A DNA stretch of 42,811 nt from Candidatus Vogelbacteria bacterium CG10_big_fil_rev_8_21_14_0_10_51_16 (GTDB lineage: Bacteria > Patescibacteriota > Minisyncoccia > Phycocordibacterales > JACRKE01), in contig PCYI01000019.1 in the NCBI GenBank assembly GCA_002774795.1, positions 65,480-108,290 of the forward strand, written 5' to 3'. Position 1 is the first letter of the stretch, and every line of letters begins with the position of its first letter. A program made the translations under genes and the position numbers. This document shows, in pieces, positions 20,099 to 28,299 of this stretch. The notes under the pieces are model-generated. The model was not told where the DNA came from and searched no databases. It saw only the letters and a list, made by a program, of their open reading frames with translations.

Positions 20099-20692
20099 TT
20101 ACTCCTGAGCTTGTCCCCCACCCTTTCCTGAGTAATGAGCCACTGTCACCTTAGCCGGACGAACGATGTGTTCGTGCAAGGAGTAGCCCTTTTCGAGGAC
20201 TGAAAAAATTATGTCATCCTCGTTGGGGTCGTCTGTCGAGACTGCTTCCACGGGTTGGTGCAGACGAGCGTCGAATCGCTCTCCCGGCATTCCAATTGGT
20301 TTCACTTCGTGGTTCTCTAGAACCTGCTGAAGTTGACTGTATATATACTCGATTCCCTTTCTCCAGTTTTCATCTACCTTGTGCCAAGCTTCTGCGTTCG
20401 CCATTGCTCGCTCGAAGTTGTCGGCAATGGGAAGAATCTCGGTGATGAGGTCCGCTTTTGCGTATTTTCGGATACTGCTCCGACTCTGCTCCTCCTCACG
20501 TCTTGCGTTTACAAAATCCGCCTTGGAGCGTTGCCAGCCATCAAGGTACTCCCTCTTCTCCTTTTCGCAGGCCTCAATTTTTCCACGTAACCTCTTTATG
20601 AGTTCTTCGGGGTTACCGGACTCATCTGTCTCTATATCTACATCGTCTACTTCCATCGCTACTTCCTCGTCAGTGTTTTTTTTCTTTGTCAT
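20099..20692 (-). CDS. grpE: Nucleotide exchange factor GrpE
   Basis: QR..ADF.N.RR, LPIADNFERA, FD..LH and KGY.L...IVRPA.V.V; upstream of dnaK. Confidence 0.95.
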   Translation of the reverse strand: MTKKKNTDEEVAMEVDDVDIETDESGNPEELIKRLRGKIEACEKEKREYLDGWQRSKADFVNARREEEQSRSSIRKYAKADLITEILPIADNFERAMANAEAWHKVDENWRKGIEYIYSQLQQVLENHEVKPIGMPGERFDARLHQPVEAVSTDDPNEDDIIFSVLEKGYSLHEHIVRPAKVTVAHYSGKGGGQAQE

Positions 20693-20729
20693 TGGCGAGT
20701 ACTGATGATATTAATAATCGAAACATTTT

Positions 20730-20757
20730 ATTATACACAAATAAAATCTTTTTGCAA
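20730..20757 (-). promoter_or_regulatory. Sigma70-type promoter for grpE-dnaK-dnaJ
   Basis: TTGCAA-N16-TATAAT in an AT-rich context. Confidence 0.55.
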
Positions 20758-20794
20758 AAAAATGAAAAGAGCAAGCTAAAATAACCCACGAGCC

Positions 20795-20996
20795 GACGAA
20801 ACATCGCTCCGGCCGAGCAAGCGTCTAATAAACGCAAAGCAGTTTGCGTTTATTAGCGCTTGCGTCACAACTCTCGGCTCGTCGACACTCGCCTCGGTCG
20901 CGACCCCGCCTCGCGGTTTCGTCTGCTGACGAAATATCGCTCCGGCCGAGCAAGCGTCTAATGAACGCAAAGCAGTTTGCGTTTATTAGCGCTTGC
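20795..20996. repeat. Two 69-bp direct repeats, each containing a long hairpin
   Basis: 20795-20863 and 20928-20996 match at 67/69. The second copy overlaps the rpsI stop. Confidence 0.88.
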
Positions 20997-21432
20997 TCCA
21001 CTGGGGGGCCTTTCTGGCTTTTTTAAGTCCAAACTTACGTCTCTCTTTAGCTCTCGCGTCACGAGTCAATAATTTTGCCGACTTAAGACTCTTTCTTAGG
21101 TCTCCATCTGAGATGGTTAGTGCCCGCGCAATACCATGTCGGATAGCTTCAGCTTGAGCTCTCATTCCTCCACCCCTGACTCGTACGGTAACCTCATACT
21201 TATGATCTTCTGTTAGTTTTTCAAAAGGCGCGTTTATGGAACGACGGAGCTCTTCTGCGGGAAAGTAAGAGTCAAGAGTGCGGTCGTTTACTGTATAGGC
21301 CGTACTTTTGGCATCATACAGGCGCACTCTTGCGGTGGCGGTCTTTCTTCGTCCAACCGCCTCGAAGTATTTACCGGTTCTCTTTTCGACTTGTGTTTTC
21401 TTCACCTTATTTGTTTTTGTTGGTGTTGGCAT
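20986..21432 (-). CDS. rpsI: 30S ribosomal protein S9
   Basis: GRRKTATARV, GGG..AQAEAIRHGIARAL and ERRKFGLKKARKAPQWSKR. Confidence 0.97.
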   Translation of the reverse strand: MPTPTKTNKVKKTQVEKRTGKYFEAVGRRKTATARVRLYDAKSTAYTVNDRTLDSYFPAEELRRSINAPFEKLTEDHKYEVTVRVRGGGMRAQAEAIRHGIARALTISDGDLRKSLKSAKLLTRDARAKERRKFGLKKARKAPQWSKR

Positions 21433-21493
21433 GTTTTTAAGTGTTGCTTCTAAGCTTTCGCTAAGCAGACATCAGCGCATAAGCATTTCAAGC

Positions 21494-21859
21494 TCATTCT
21501 GTGATCGATACTTTCTTGAGCATTATCGGACGAAGTTTATTGGCAGGCAACATTCCTTGGATCGCCTTAAACAGAGCTTCTTTGTGGCCCTTTTTTGAAA
21601 TAAGTTGTTTCATTGTTAGAGACCTCTGCCCGCCAGGATAACCGGTATGCCGCATATAGACCTTTTCTACCAGTTTGTTACCGGTGACCCTAATTTTTCT
21701 CGCATTTATAATGAGAACATCGGTGTCTCCCACTTTATTGCGGGCAAAAGCGGGACTGTCTTTGCCCATTAGGGTTAAGGCTGCTTCAGAGGCAATACGG
21801 CCGACGCTTCTTCCGGAGGCATCTATGGTGCGTTTTTTTTCTGTTTGTGCGGAATTCAT
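21494..21859 (-). CDS. rplM: 50S ribosomal protein L13 (short C-terminus)
   Basis: IDA.G..VGRIAS, LMGK, INA..I..TGNK, HTGYPGG and GMLP.NKL. Confidence 0.95.
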   Translation of the reverse strand: MNSAQTEKKRTIDASGRSVGRIASEAALTLMGKDSPAFARNKVGDTDVLIINARKIRVTGNKLVEKVYMRHTGYPGGQRSLTMKQLISKKGHKEALFKAIQGMLPANKLRPIMLKKVSITE

Positions 21860-21888
21860 GGAGTGCTATAGACCTAAAAATAGCTTAA

Positions 21889-22239
21889 CTATACCAATTC
21901 TATAATCGCCATCGGGCTCGCGTCAGAAAGTCGCGGATTAAGCTTGATTATGCGCGTGTAGCCACCAGCTCGTTCCCGATAATCGGGCGCAACCTTCTTC
22001 ATTAAAAGTTGCATCCTTGCCACTGTTCCCAATCTGGATGCCAGTAAGCGTCGAGAGGCCACGGTGTCTCGTTTGCTGATGGTAATCAGTTTTTCTACAT
22101 ATGGACGCAACTCTTTAGCTTTTGCCTCTGTCGTTTTTATTTTTCTGTTTTTCAGCAATCCTTCGGCAAGTGAACGCAATAAAGCCAGACGTTGATTTGC
22201 TGGTCTCCCGAATTTTCTATTGGCGTTATGGTGTCTCAT
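21889..22239 (-). CDS. rplQ: 50S ribosomal protein L17
   Basis: MRH....KFGR, IKTTEAKAKELR..VEKLIT and R.GGYTRI.K. Confidence 0.97.
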   Translation of the reverse strand: MRHHNANRKFGRPANQRLALLRSLAEGLLKNRKIKTTEAKAKELRPYVEKLITISKRDTVASRRLLASRLGTVARMQLLMKKVAPDYRERAGGYTRIIKLNPRLSDASPMAIIELV

Positions 22240-22242
22240 AAA

Positions 22243-22335
22243 TAGGCTCTGGGAAACTTAGGCGCTAGGCACTAGGATTGTCTAGGATAGACTATAATTA
22301 ATGCATTGGCAATCCCTAGGGCTTAAATCCTGGGG
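22243..22335. repeat. Degenerate heptamer array, CTAGG family
   Basis: ttaggcg ctaggca ctaggat ... ctaggat, between rpoA and rplQ. Confidence 0.55.
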
Positions 22336-22344
22336 CATTCTGGC

Positions 22345-23322
22345 TTACTTCAGTACTATGCCGAAATTTGAAAGAGCGCGCTTAATCTCACTGATGCCCT
22401 TTTCACCCAGACCAGCTATCTCTAGTAGATCTTCCTCTCTTTTGCGAGCCAAACCACCTATAGTGCGAATACTTGCCTGTGTAAGTGCGTGCATGGTCCG
22501 TGCGGATAGACTTACATCCTCTATGCGGGTTTTGAGAACATCCTCTTCGGTCTCTTGCTTTGCCGGCTCGCTTTCCTTCTTTAATTCCGTTGCCTCCTCA
22601 TCTGAGATCGTTTGTTCTACCTCGGCGGGTTGTTGAAAGCCGACTATGGCCGAAAGTTGATGGATCATGACCACAATAGATCTTTCCAGCGCTTCACGGG
22701 GAGAGATAACACCATCAGTTTCTATGAATATGCGCAAACGATTGTAGTCAGTACGATTACCGACGCGCATGTGGTCAACCTCGTAATTAACTCGACGGAT
22801 GGGGCTAAATATGGCGTCTAAAACAATAGTGCCCACCTCCACTTTTTCACGATGTAGCATTTCTTTGCTCACGTAACCTATGCCACTTTCCACGGTGAGT
22901 TCCGCTGAGAGGGCCACACTCTTGTCTGTGATGGTGCAAATATGTTCATCCGGATTGCACAGCTCAACCTGACCTGGAAGCTTTAAATCGCCCGCTTTAA
23001 TTTCCTTGGCCCCCTTAACATCAAGAAATATCTTTTGAGGCTCTTCGGTAGACATCTTAAATCGAGCCCTCTTGAGATTTAGAAGTATCGATATAACATC
23101 TTCTTTGATTCCTTCCAGCGTGGAAAACTCATGCGCTACCCCCTTGATAGAAATAGCCGTAATTGCGGATCCGGGAAGAGAAGAAAGAATTACACGGCGT
23201 AGAGAATTACCTAGCGTGTGTCCATAGCCTGGATACAAGCCATCTATTTCATACACTCCCTTGAACTCATCCTCTGAAATGATCTTCGGCTTTGAGGGCA
23301 ATATAATATTTTGGTCTGTCAT
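22345..23322 (-). CDS. rpoA: RNA polymerase subunit alpha
   Basis: GYGHTLGNSLRRVILSSLPG, HEFSTLEGIKEDV..ILLNLK, DAIFSPI.RVNY.V and an alpha-CTD. Confidence 0.98.
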   Translation of the reverse strand: MTDQNIILPSKPKIISEDEFKGVYEIDGLYPGYGHTLGNSLRRVILSSLPGSAITAISIKGVAHEFSTLEGIKEDVISILLNLKRARFKMSTEEPQKIFLDVKGAKEIKAGDLKLPGQVELCNPDEHICTITDKSVALSAELTVESGIGYVSKEMLHREKVEVGTIVLDAIFSPIRRVNYEVDHMRVGNRTDYNRLRIFIETDGVISPREALERSIVVMIHQLSAIVGFQQPAEVEQTISDEEATELKKESEPAKQETEEDVLKTRIEDVSLSARTMHALTQASIRTIGGLARKREEDLLEIAGLGEKGISEIKRALSNFGIVLK

Positions 23323-23361
23323 TGTTTTGAGTGGGTTTGGTGAGTAAATAGCAAAAAAATG

Positions 23362-23976
23362 TTACGCGCGGCTGTAAAGCTCTAGCACGGCTTCGAAATT
23401 CAGAGACGGCTCTTCTTTGTGATTTGTGGGAATAGAGGCAATCATTGCCAAAACCTTCTCATTGTTTACCTGAAGCCACACCGGGGCCTTATTGTTTTTA
23501 AGACGCTGACTTATCTCCTGAAACTGTGTCTTTTGCTTACTGCTGTTGTGGAGCTCGATGGTGTCGCCCATCTCTACATTGTACGAAGGGGTAGAAACTT
23601 TATGTCCATTTACCACAATATGTCCATGACCCACCATTTGACGAGCGGCGGCCCGTGAGGGCGCAAGGCCTGTCCTGAAAACTACATTGTCTAGACGTGT
23701 CTCGAGTCTGGTAAAAAGATTTGCAACCGGATTAAGCCGATCGCGTTCGCGTGCCTCGGACACATATCGCGCAAACTGCTTTTCAAGCACACCGTAGGTA
23801 AGCTTTACCCGTTGTTTAGCCAGGAGCTGTTCGCCGTACTCCGTTTTCTGGGAGCGTCTCCGTCCGCGTTTTATGGATTTACGGCCCATGCGCACGGCAA
23901 ACTTCTGTGTTTGTGTTTTCGGAAATATGGCTTCACCAAACTTTCGCGCTGTTTTGTATTGTGGTTTTCGTATCAT
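23362..23976 (-). CDS. rpsD: 30S ribosomal protein S4
   Basis: EYG.QL..KQ..K..YGV.EKQF, LETRLDNVVFR.G.A and ARQMV.HGHI.VNG. Confidence 0.97.
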   Translation of the reverse strand: MIRKPQYKTARKFGEAIFPKTQTQKFAVRMGRKSIKRGRRRSQKTEYGEQLLAKQRVKLTYGVLEKQFARYVSEARERDRLNPVANLFTRLETRLDNVVFRTGLAPSRAAARQMVGHGHIVVNGHKVSTPSYNVEMGDTIELHNSSKQKTQFQEISQRLKNNKAPVWLQVNNEKVLAMIASIPTNHKEEPSLNFEAVLELYSRA

Positions 23977-23980
23977 AAAT

Positions 23981-24069
23981 TAGGCCATAGGGCGTAGGTC
24001 ATAGTGCGTAGGATTCGAGGCGATTAGAATTTTAATTCCCTACGCCCTGTGCCCTATGCTCTACGCCCC
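23981..24069. repeat. Heptamer array, inverted pair (TAGGGCG x5 / CCCTACG x4)
   Basis: taggcca tagggcg taggtca tagtgcg taggatt ... ccctacg ccctgtg ccctatg ctctacg. Confidence 0.82.
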
Positions 24070-24072
24070 GGG

Positions 24073-24507
24073 TTAGACTCTCCTTGGTTTTTTGGGCTTG
24101 GGGCCGTTGTGTGGGATTGGGGTAGTGTCTGTGATGTTCGCGATGGCAATACCACGACTTGTAAACGCTCTGATAGCAGACTCTCTCCCAGAGCCTATGC
24201 CCTTTACCACCACGCGCACCTCCTTCATGCCAGCCTGCTCTGCCTTTTCTGCAAGCACCTCACCGACCTTGGCGGCCGCAAACGGGGTACCCTTCTTGGC
24301 TCCCTTAAAACCGAGAGCACCAGAAGATGAGGCCATGACAGCATTTCCAGATGGGTCCGTAACCAAAAGCTTGGTGTTATTAAAAGTAGACTGCACATGC
24401 AAAACCCCCACAGGAACTTTGGTTTTAGATCCACGACTTAGGGCTCTCGCTCTGCGTCCGGGGTCAAGCCCTTGCCCTCCTTTTTTTATTACACGTTTTT
24501 TTCCCAT
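24073..24507 (-). CDS. rpsK: 30S ribosomal protein S11
   Basis: STFNNT, GFKGAKKGTPFAA, G.GSGRESAIRA and D.TPIPHNG.KP.K.RRV. Confidence 0.97.
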   Translation of the reverse strand: MGKKRVIKKGGQGLDPGRRARALSRGSKTKVPVGVLHVQSTFNNTKLLVTDPSGNAVMASSSGALGFKGAKKGTPFAAAKVGEVLAEKAEQAGMKEVRVVVKGIGSGRESAIRAFTSRGIAIANITDTTPIPHNGPKPKKPRRV

Positions 24508-24512
24508 AAAAT

Positions 24513-24589
24513 TAGGCTCTAGGATTTAGGCTCTAGGCTCAGGCTTTCGGTTTCCCTAATGCCTAGTGCCTAATTCCCAAAGCCTAGTT
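24513..24589. repeat. Heptamer array, inverted pair (TAGGCTC x4 / CCTANTG x5)
   Basis: taggctc taggatt taggctc taggctc ... cctaatg cctagtg cctaatt cccaaag cctagtt. Confidence 0.82.
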
Positions 24590-24590
24590 T

Positions 24591-24971
24591 TTACTTTTTA
24601 TCTAGTTTCTTCTTACCAGAACCCATGGTCTTACGAACATTACCATGTCGGGTCCGGGAGTTCGTCTTAGTACGTTGTCCGCGCACGGGTAGGCTGCGGG
24701 TGTGGCGTTCTCCTCGGTAGCTACCTATTTCCTTCAATCTTTTTATAGAAGAACCGATCTCTCTTCGCAGGTCACCTTCTATCTTGTGTCCCTCACACTC
24801 CTTGCGCACACGCTCGCCTTCGTCAGTGGTTAGCTCTGGAGGTTTTTTGCCATAAGGAATGTTGGCGGCGTCTAGAATCGAGTGTGCTCGACTACGGCCA
24901 ATACCGTATATCGCAGTAAGAGCGATTTCCATTCTTTTGCTATCCGGCAGTGTAATGGCTGATATGCGCAT
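24591..24971 (-). CDS. rpsM: 30S ribosomal protein S13
   Basis: IALTAIYGIG, EGDLRRE, IGSYRG.RH...LPVRGQRTKTNSRTR. Confidence 0.97.
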   Translation of the reverse strand: MRISAITLPDSKRMEIALTAIYGIGRSRAHSILDAANIPYGKKPPELTTDEGERVRKECEGHKIEGDLRREIGSSIKRLKEIGSYRGERHTRSLPVRGQRTKTNSRTRHGNVRKTMGSGKKKLDKK

Positions 24972-24977
24972 AAGTTA

Positions 24978-25058
24978 TGAAAGCACAAAGCCCAAATCAC
25001 AAAAGACCAAATCTGAATTCGTTTGGAGTTTTGTGGTGTTTGTGTTTTGTGTTTTGAT
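24978..25058. repeat. Heptamer array, CACAAAA/TTTGTGY family, inverted pair
   Basis: gcacaaa gcccaaa tcacaaa ... then tttggagttttgtggtgtttgtgttttgtgttttg. Confidence 0.8.
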
Positions 25059-25063
25059 TACCA

Positions 25064-25177
25064 TCATCCTTGTCTCTGTTTATGTTTTGGGGTAGAACAG
25101 ATAATATACAAAACTCCGCGGCGTTTGACCAGCTTACATTTCGCACACAGTTTTTTTAATGACGCCTTTACTTTCAT
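25064..25177 (-). CDS. rpmJ: 50S ribosomal protein L36 (zinc-binding type); below the ORF-track cutoff
   Basis: Manual translation [37 protein letters not shown]; lies between infA and rpsM. Confidence 0.95.
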   Translation of the reverse strand: MKVKASLKKLCAKCKLVKRRGVLYIICSTPKHKQRQG

Positions 25178-25209
25178 GTTTACTCTGCATCCTCTCTATT
25201 TACACACCC

Positions 25210-25440
25210 TTACAATCTGCGTGTTATCCTTCCTCGCTCACCATATGCGTCAAGTTGTACGAGAACTTTGTCTCCGATCATAACCCGTATGCGATGTAGA
25301 CGCATCTTACCTGCAAGTGGACACGGCATAGAACGTCCGTCAAATTCGACGCGATACATTGTGTTTGGCAAGGTTTCAGTGACTTGCCCCACAACCTCTT
25401 TTCCTTTAGTGGAGTTTTCGCTTGTAGTAGAATCTGACAT
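25210..25440 (-). CDS. infA: Translation initiation factor IF-1
   Basis: G.VTETLPNTMYRV, AGKMRLHRIRV..GDKV.V and RGRIT.R. Confidence 0.95.
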   Translation of the reverse strand: MSDSTTSENSTKGKEVVGQVTETLPNTMYRVEFDGRSMPCPLAGKMRLHRIRVMIGDKVLVQLDAYGERGRITRRL

Positions 25441-25640
25441 TGAGCATTAGCATTGGCCTCACTCGTAATACACCATTAGCTGAGTCTGTGTTTGATTTCT
25501 CCCTGCAAAAATGATTGACGTTTTCGAGGGCACTCGACTAGATCTCAGTAATAATAACTATTTTAGTATGAATTTCTGGGTCATCTTTGAAAAACTACCC
25601 AATATGACAAATACCAAATACCCACCAAGTGAGTTAGAGC

Positions 25641-25670
25641 ATTGTAGCAGATGTTTGAATAATAAGTCAA
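25641..25670 (-). promoter_or_regulatory. Sigma70-type promoter for infA/alpha operon
   Basis: TTGACT-N18-TACAAT with an extended TG, about 200 nt upstream of infA. Confidence 0.55.
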
Positions 25671-25733
25671 TATTAACTATGGCCAGATAAAAATATTGAA
25701 CTTTTTGGACCATTTTCCCAAAAACCGCCGTCT

Positions 25734-27023
25734 TTATTCACTTGACGTGCCAACGGTGGGCAGGCGCCTTATTTTAATGCGCTCAGGCCGTGTCGGGAAA
25801 GTAGACAGCCAGCTTGGACTAAAATCAATATCAGCTCTTACTATGGCCGGAAAACTATTTAAAACTTGTACATAATCAGCCTTTGGTATACCAGCAAGAG
25901 AAGCTTGAAGGTAAGATTGATCTAGATTGTAAGCAATATTAAGAGGGCCTTCTAAGCGGAAAAGCAAACTTTTTGCGCTCGCTATATCCTCTACCTGGCT
26001 TAAAAGAGAAAACCGCAAGGATGCAAGGTCTGCTGATTCTAATTGCTCGCCCTTATAATCTGGAATCTTTTTTTCCGCGATGTTTTTAAGTAGTTCGGCT
26101 TTATTAATTAGAATGGCCGTTAAGGTGCCGCCTCTACTCACCTTGACCGAGTTCGCTCCCGGGGTGTGTCTGGCGTCTTGGTCAACCGAAACAAATATTC
26201 CTTGCTCATATGTTAAGTAGCCTTCCGGGAGCTGTGCTTCTGCTTGTGTTAGTAGGGCATTTTTAAGCTTCTCTTCGAGTTTGGTTTCGGCACTTAAAAT
26301 TTCGACTTCTCCCGCGACAAGCTCTTCACCAATAAAACCCCCGCTAAACTCCGTTTTTGATCTAGCAAATATGGTTGATTGTCTGGGGGTCCCCTTGAAG
26401 CCCGGTATTGTAAGATCGCGCAAACCAAGATTGTACTCTTCTCCGGGAAGGTCTGCGAAGACGCGCACTGTAAGCGCCCCGGGAACCAGCTTGCCTTCTG
26501 TGACAGTGGCGCCTGGCACATTAACATCGCGGTCAAGGCGATATATCTTCCCCTCCGGTGTTTCAAAGCGCGTTCGGGCTATTAGTTGCTGAGGCTTCTC
26601 GTCGTGTTTGTTGTAAATTATAATCTCTCCTGAGGCTTTTCTAGATACCTGCTTTTTTTCGGTGGCGGGCACATCCGTGTTTTCCTCAACCCGAATAGTC
26701 ATTGTTTTCAGTGGTATGGTGCCGGCTGTCTGCTCTTTTGAAAGGGTAAAAGTGTCTTTGAGAGTTATGTTGGCGTCATGGACGACAATTCCTACTGTTG
26801 CATAAGAAAAAAATGACATGCCATAACCAACAGTAACCAGTAAAAAAAAGATCGCAGTGACCCAAATCCAAATACGTCGTTTTACGCGCAGGGGCGCGTG
26901 TTTAAGGGGTGGCGTACCTGAGTCTGTGTGGTCGCTCTGATTTTTGTGGGAACGATTATGGAGAGAAGCGATGAGCTCCTCCTTTCTTTTTGGGATGATG
27001 ATGTCTTGGCCCACGTGTTTCAT
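25734..27023 (-). CDS. Single-TM protein with baseplate-J-like beta domain, function unknown
   Basis: Basic tail followed by a TM helix (IWIWVTAIFFLLVTVGYG). The pattern KASGEIIIYN...TRF....G..Y....V.VPG...V.A..PG..YN is recalled from baseplate-J-like proteins. Confidence 0.6.
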   Translation of the reverse strand: MKHVGQDIIIPKRKEELIASLHNRSHKNQSDHTDSGTPPLKHAPLRVKRRIWIWVTAIFFLLVTVGYGMSFFSYATVGIVVHDANITLKDTFTLSKEQTAGTIPLKTMTIRVEENTDVPATEKKQVSRKASGEIIIYNKHDEKPQQLIARTRFETPEGKIYRLDRDVNVPGATVTEGKLVPGALTVRVFADLPGEEYNLGLRDLTIPGFKGTPRQSTIFARSKTEFSGGFIGEELVAGEVEILSAETKLEEKLKNALLTQAEAQLPEGYLTYEQGIFVSVDQDARHTPGANSVKVSRGGTLTAILINKAELLKNIAEKKIPDYKGEQLESADLASLRFSLLSQVEDIASAKSLLFRLEGPLNIAYNLDQSYLQASLAGIPKADYVQVLNSFPAIVRADIDFSPSWLSTFPTRPERIKIRRLPTVGTSSE

Positions 27024-27032
27024 AGGTGAAAG

Positions 27033-27135
27033 AAGTAGAAGGGAGTAAATAGTAAGTAGTAAGTAGGCATGACTAGTTAGGAAGTAGGTTCTATGAGTTC
27101 TGGGAGAATTGAATCAGAGTTTCCTAATTCCTACT
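27033..27135. repeat. Heptamer array, AGTAAGT family
   Basis: agtaaat agtaagt agtaagt ... aggaagt, with a weak complementary arm (ttcctaa ttcccta) near 27121-27135. Confidence 0.6.
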
Positions 27136-28249
27136 GCCTAGCTTTCATTATACCAGAAAATATGCTTGCAAGCATGATGTAGGGGTCTCTTGTCGCGTCT
27201 CCGTTGTGTCGACAGAATGTAGACATTGCTTCAGAGGTTAGGAAGCGTACGTCGAAACCAAGGGATTGGTTTGCTTGCATTGACGCAAAAAGCGTTCTAA
27301 GGACCGGATCGGCGAGGACAAGAAGGGGGATGCGTGATAAATCTGGCACCCCTTCTCTTTTCGTCAGGAAGTTATGCAGGCTCTTTTTTACATGGGCAAT
27401 GGGACGATCAGAGTTTCGCAATATATCTTTGTCCCAGTCTACAGCTAAACGTTCCAGTTTGGTCTTTGCTAGTCCGGGACTAAGCGCGAGTTCCCTTCCA
27501 ATGGCGCGAATGAGATGGTTGCCCCCAAGCGGAGCAGACTCTACGCAACGTATTGCCCCGTCGTACACAGAGACCATCTCTGCCACTTCCCCACCCCACT
27601 CTAAGTAACGAAAGTTCTCCAGATTCATTGCGTGCCTAATTGCGGTTGTGGCAGCAAAAGGAAAGGTGTGGAAAAGTACGGGGCGTTCGTGAAAAACCGG
27701 CTCTAGAGCGGCCCGCAAGGCCTCGTCTGTTTGCTGATCTATAAGGCTGACAAATACCGTACCAGAGATAGTGTCCGCACGTTTTCCTAGGGGATACTGG
27801 ACGCGATATCCATTTATGCGAACATCGTCTAGTGTCGCTTCGAGAACAATGCCCCTCTTTTGCTCAATTACAAAAAGCTTCTTGGCCTCTTCAAGCAAGC
27901 TGTCTATTAACTTCTTTGTGACAATGGTGCTATCTAGATTCTCTCGGGTGATGGTTTTCGCACTGCTCACCGCAAGAAGTGGAGAGATGGTGGCAATGAT
28001 GCGGTCTGGTGGGGGCAAACCTAAGCGCACCAAGCTCTCTGCGGAGGTACGCAGTGATTTCGTAGCGGATTTAAGGTAGCGTTTGGGCTCAAAAGAGTCT
28101 TGAAAAACAATAGCTTCGCGGGCTGTGTGTAGGATGACCGGTAAATTATCAGCCGGATGCGTGACGCGCGCGCCAATTACACGCGAACTACCTATGTCTA
28201 AAAGAAGTGTGCTTCGAGGGCTTGTTTGCTTGCGTGAAAAGAGCGACAT
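27131..28249 (-). CDS. Divergent FtsA/PilM-like actin-fold protein
   Basis: LLLDIGSSRV phosphate-1 motif, INGY.V..P.G, degenerate phosphate-2 (LEWGGEVAE) and PLGGNHL.R.I..EL. Confidence 0.65.
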   Translation of the reverse strand: MSLFSRKQTSPRSTLLLDIGSSRVIGARVTHPADNLPVILHTAREAIVFQDSFEPKRYLKSATKSLRTSAESLVRLGLPPPDRIIATISPLLAVSSAKTITRENLDSTIVTKKLIDSLLEEAKKLFVIEQKRGIVLEATLDDVRINGYRVQYPLGKRADTISGTVFVSLIDQQTDEALRAALEPVFHERPVLFHTFPFAATTAIRHAMNLENFRYLEWGGEVAEMVSVYDGAIRCVESAPLGGNHLIRAIGRELALSPGLAKTKLERLAVDWDKDILRNSDRPIAHVKKSLHNFLTKREGVPDLSRIPLLVLADPVLRTLFASMQANQSLGFDVRFLTSEAMSTFCRHNGDATRDPYIMLASIFSGIMKARQ

Positions 28250-28299
28250 GATAGAGGTATTATATCATGCGCAAATAGTAGATAACTAGCCACTACGGC

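Noticed and set aside
20693..20775. CIRCE operator / hrcA upstream of grpE
   Set aside because: No TTAGCACTC-N9-GAGTGCTAA is present, only a weak half-site, and there is no hrcA ORF.
20795..20996. Possible CRISPR array
   Set aside because: Only two units, 69 bp long, one overlapping rpsI, and no cas genes.
25441..25733. tRNA or riboswitch in the long infA upstream region
   Set aside because: No cloverleaf or recognisable aptamer; only a promoter-like motif was found.
25734..27023. Prophage or contractile tail locus suggested by the baseplate-J-like domain
   Set aside because: The protein has a TM anchor, and no other phage or tail genes lie nearby.
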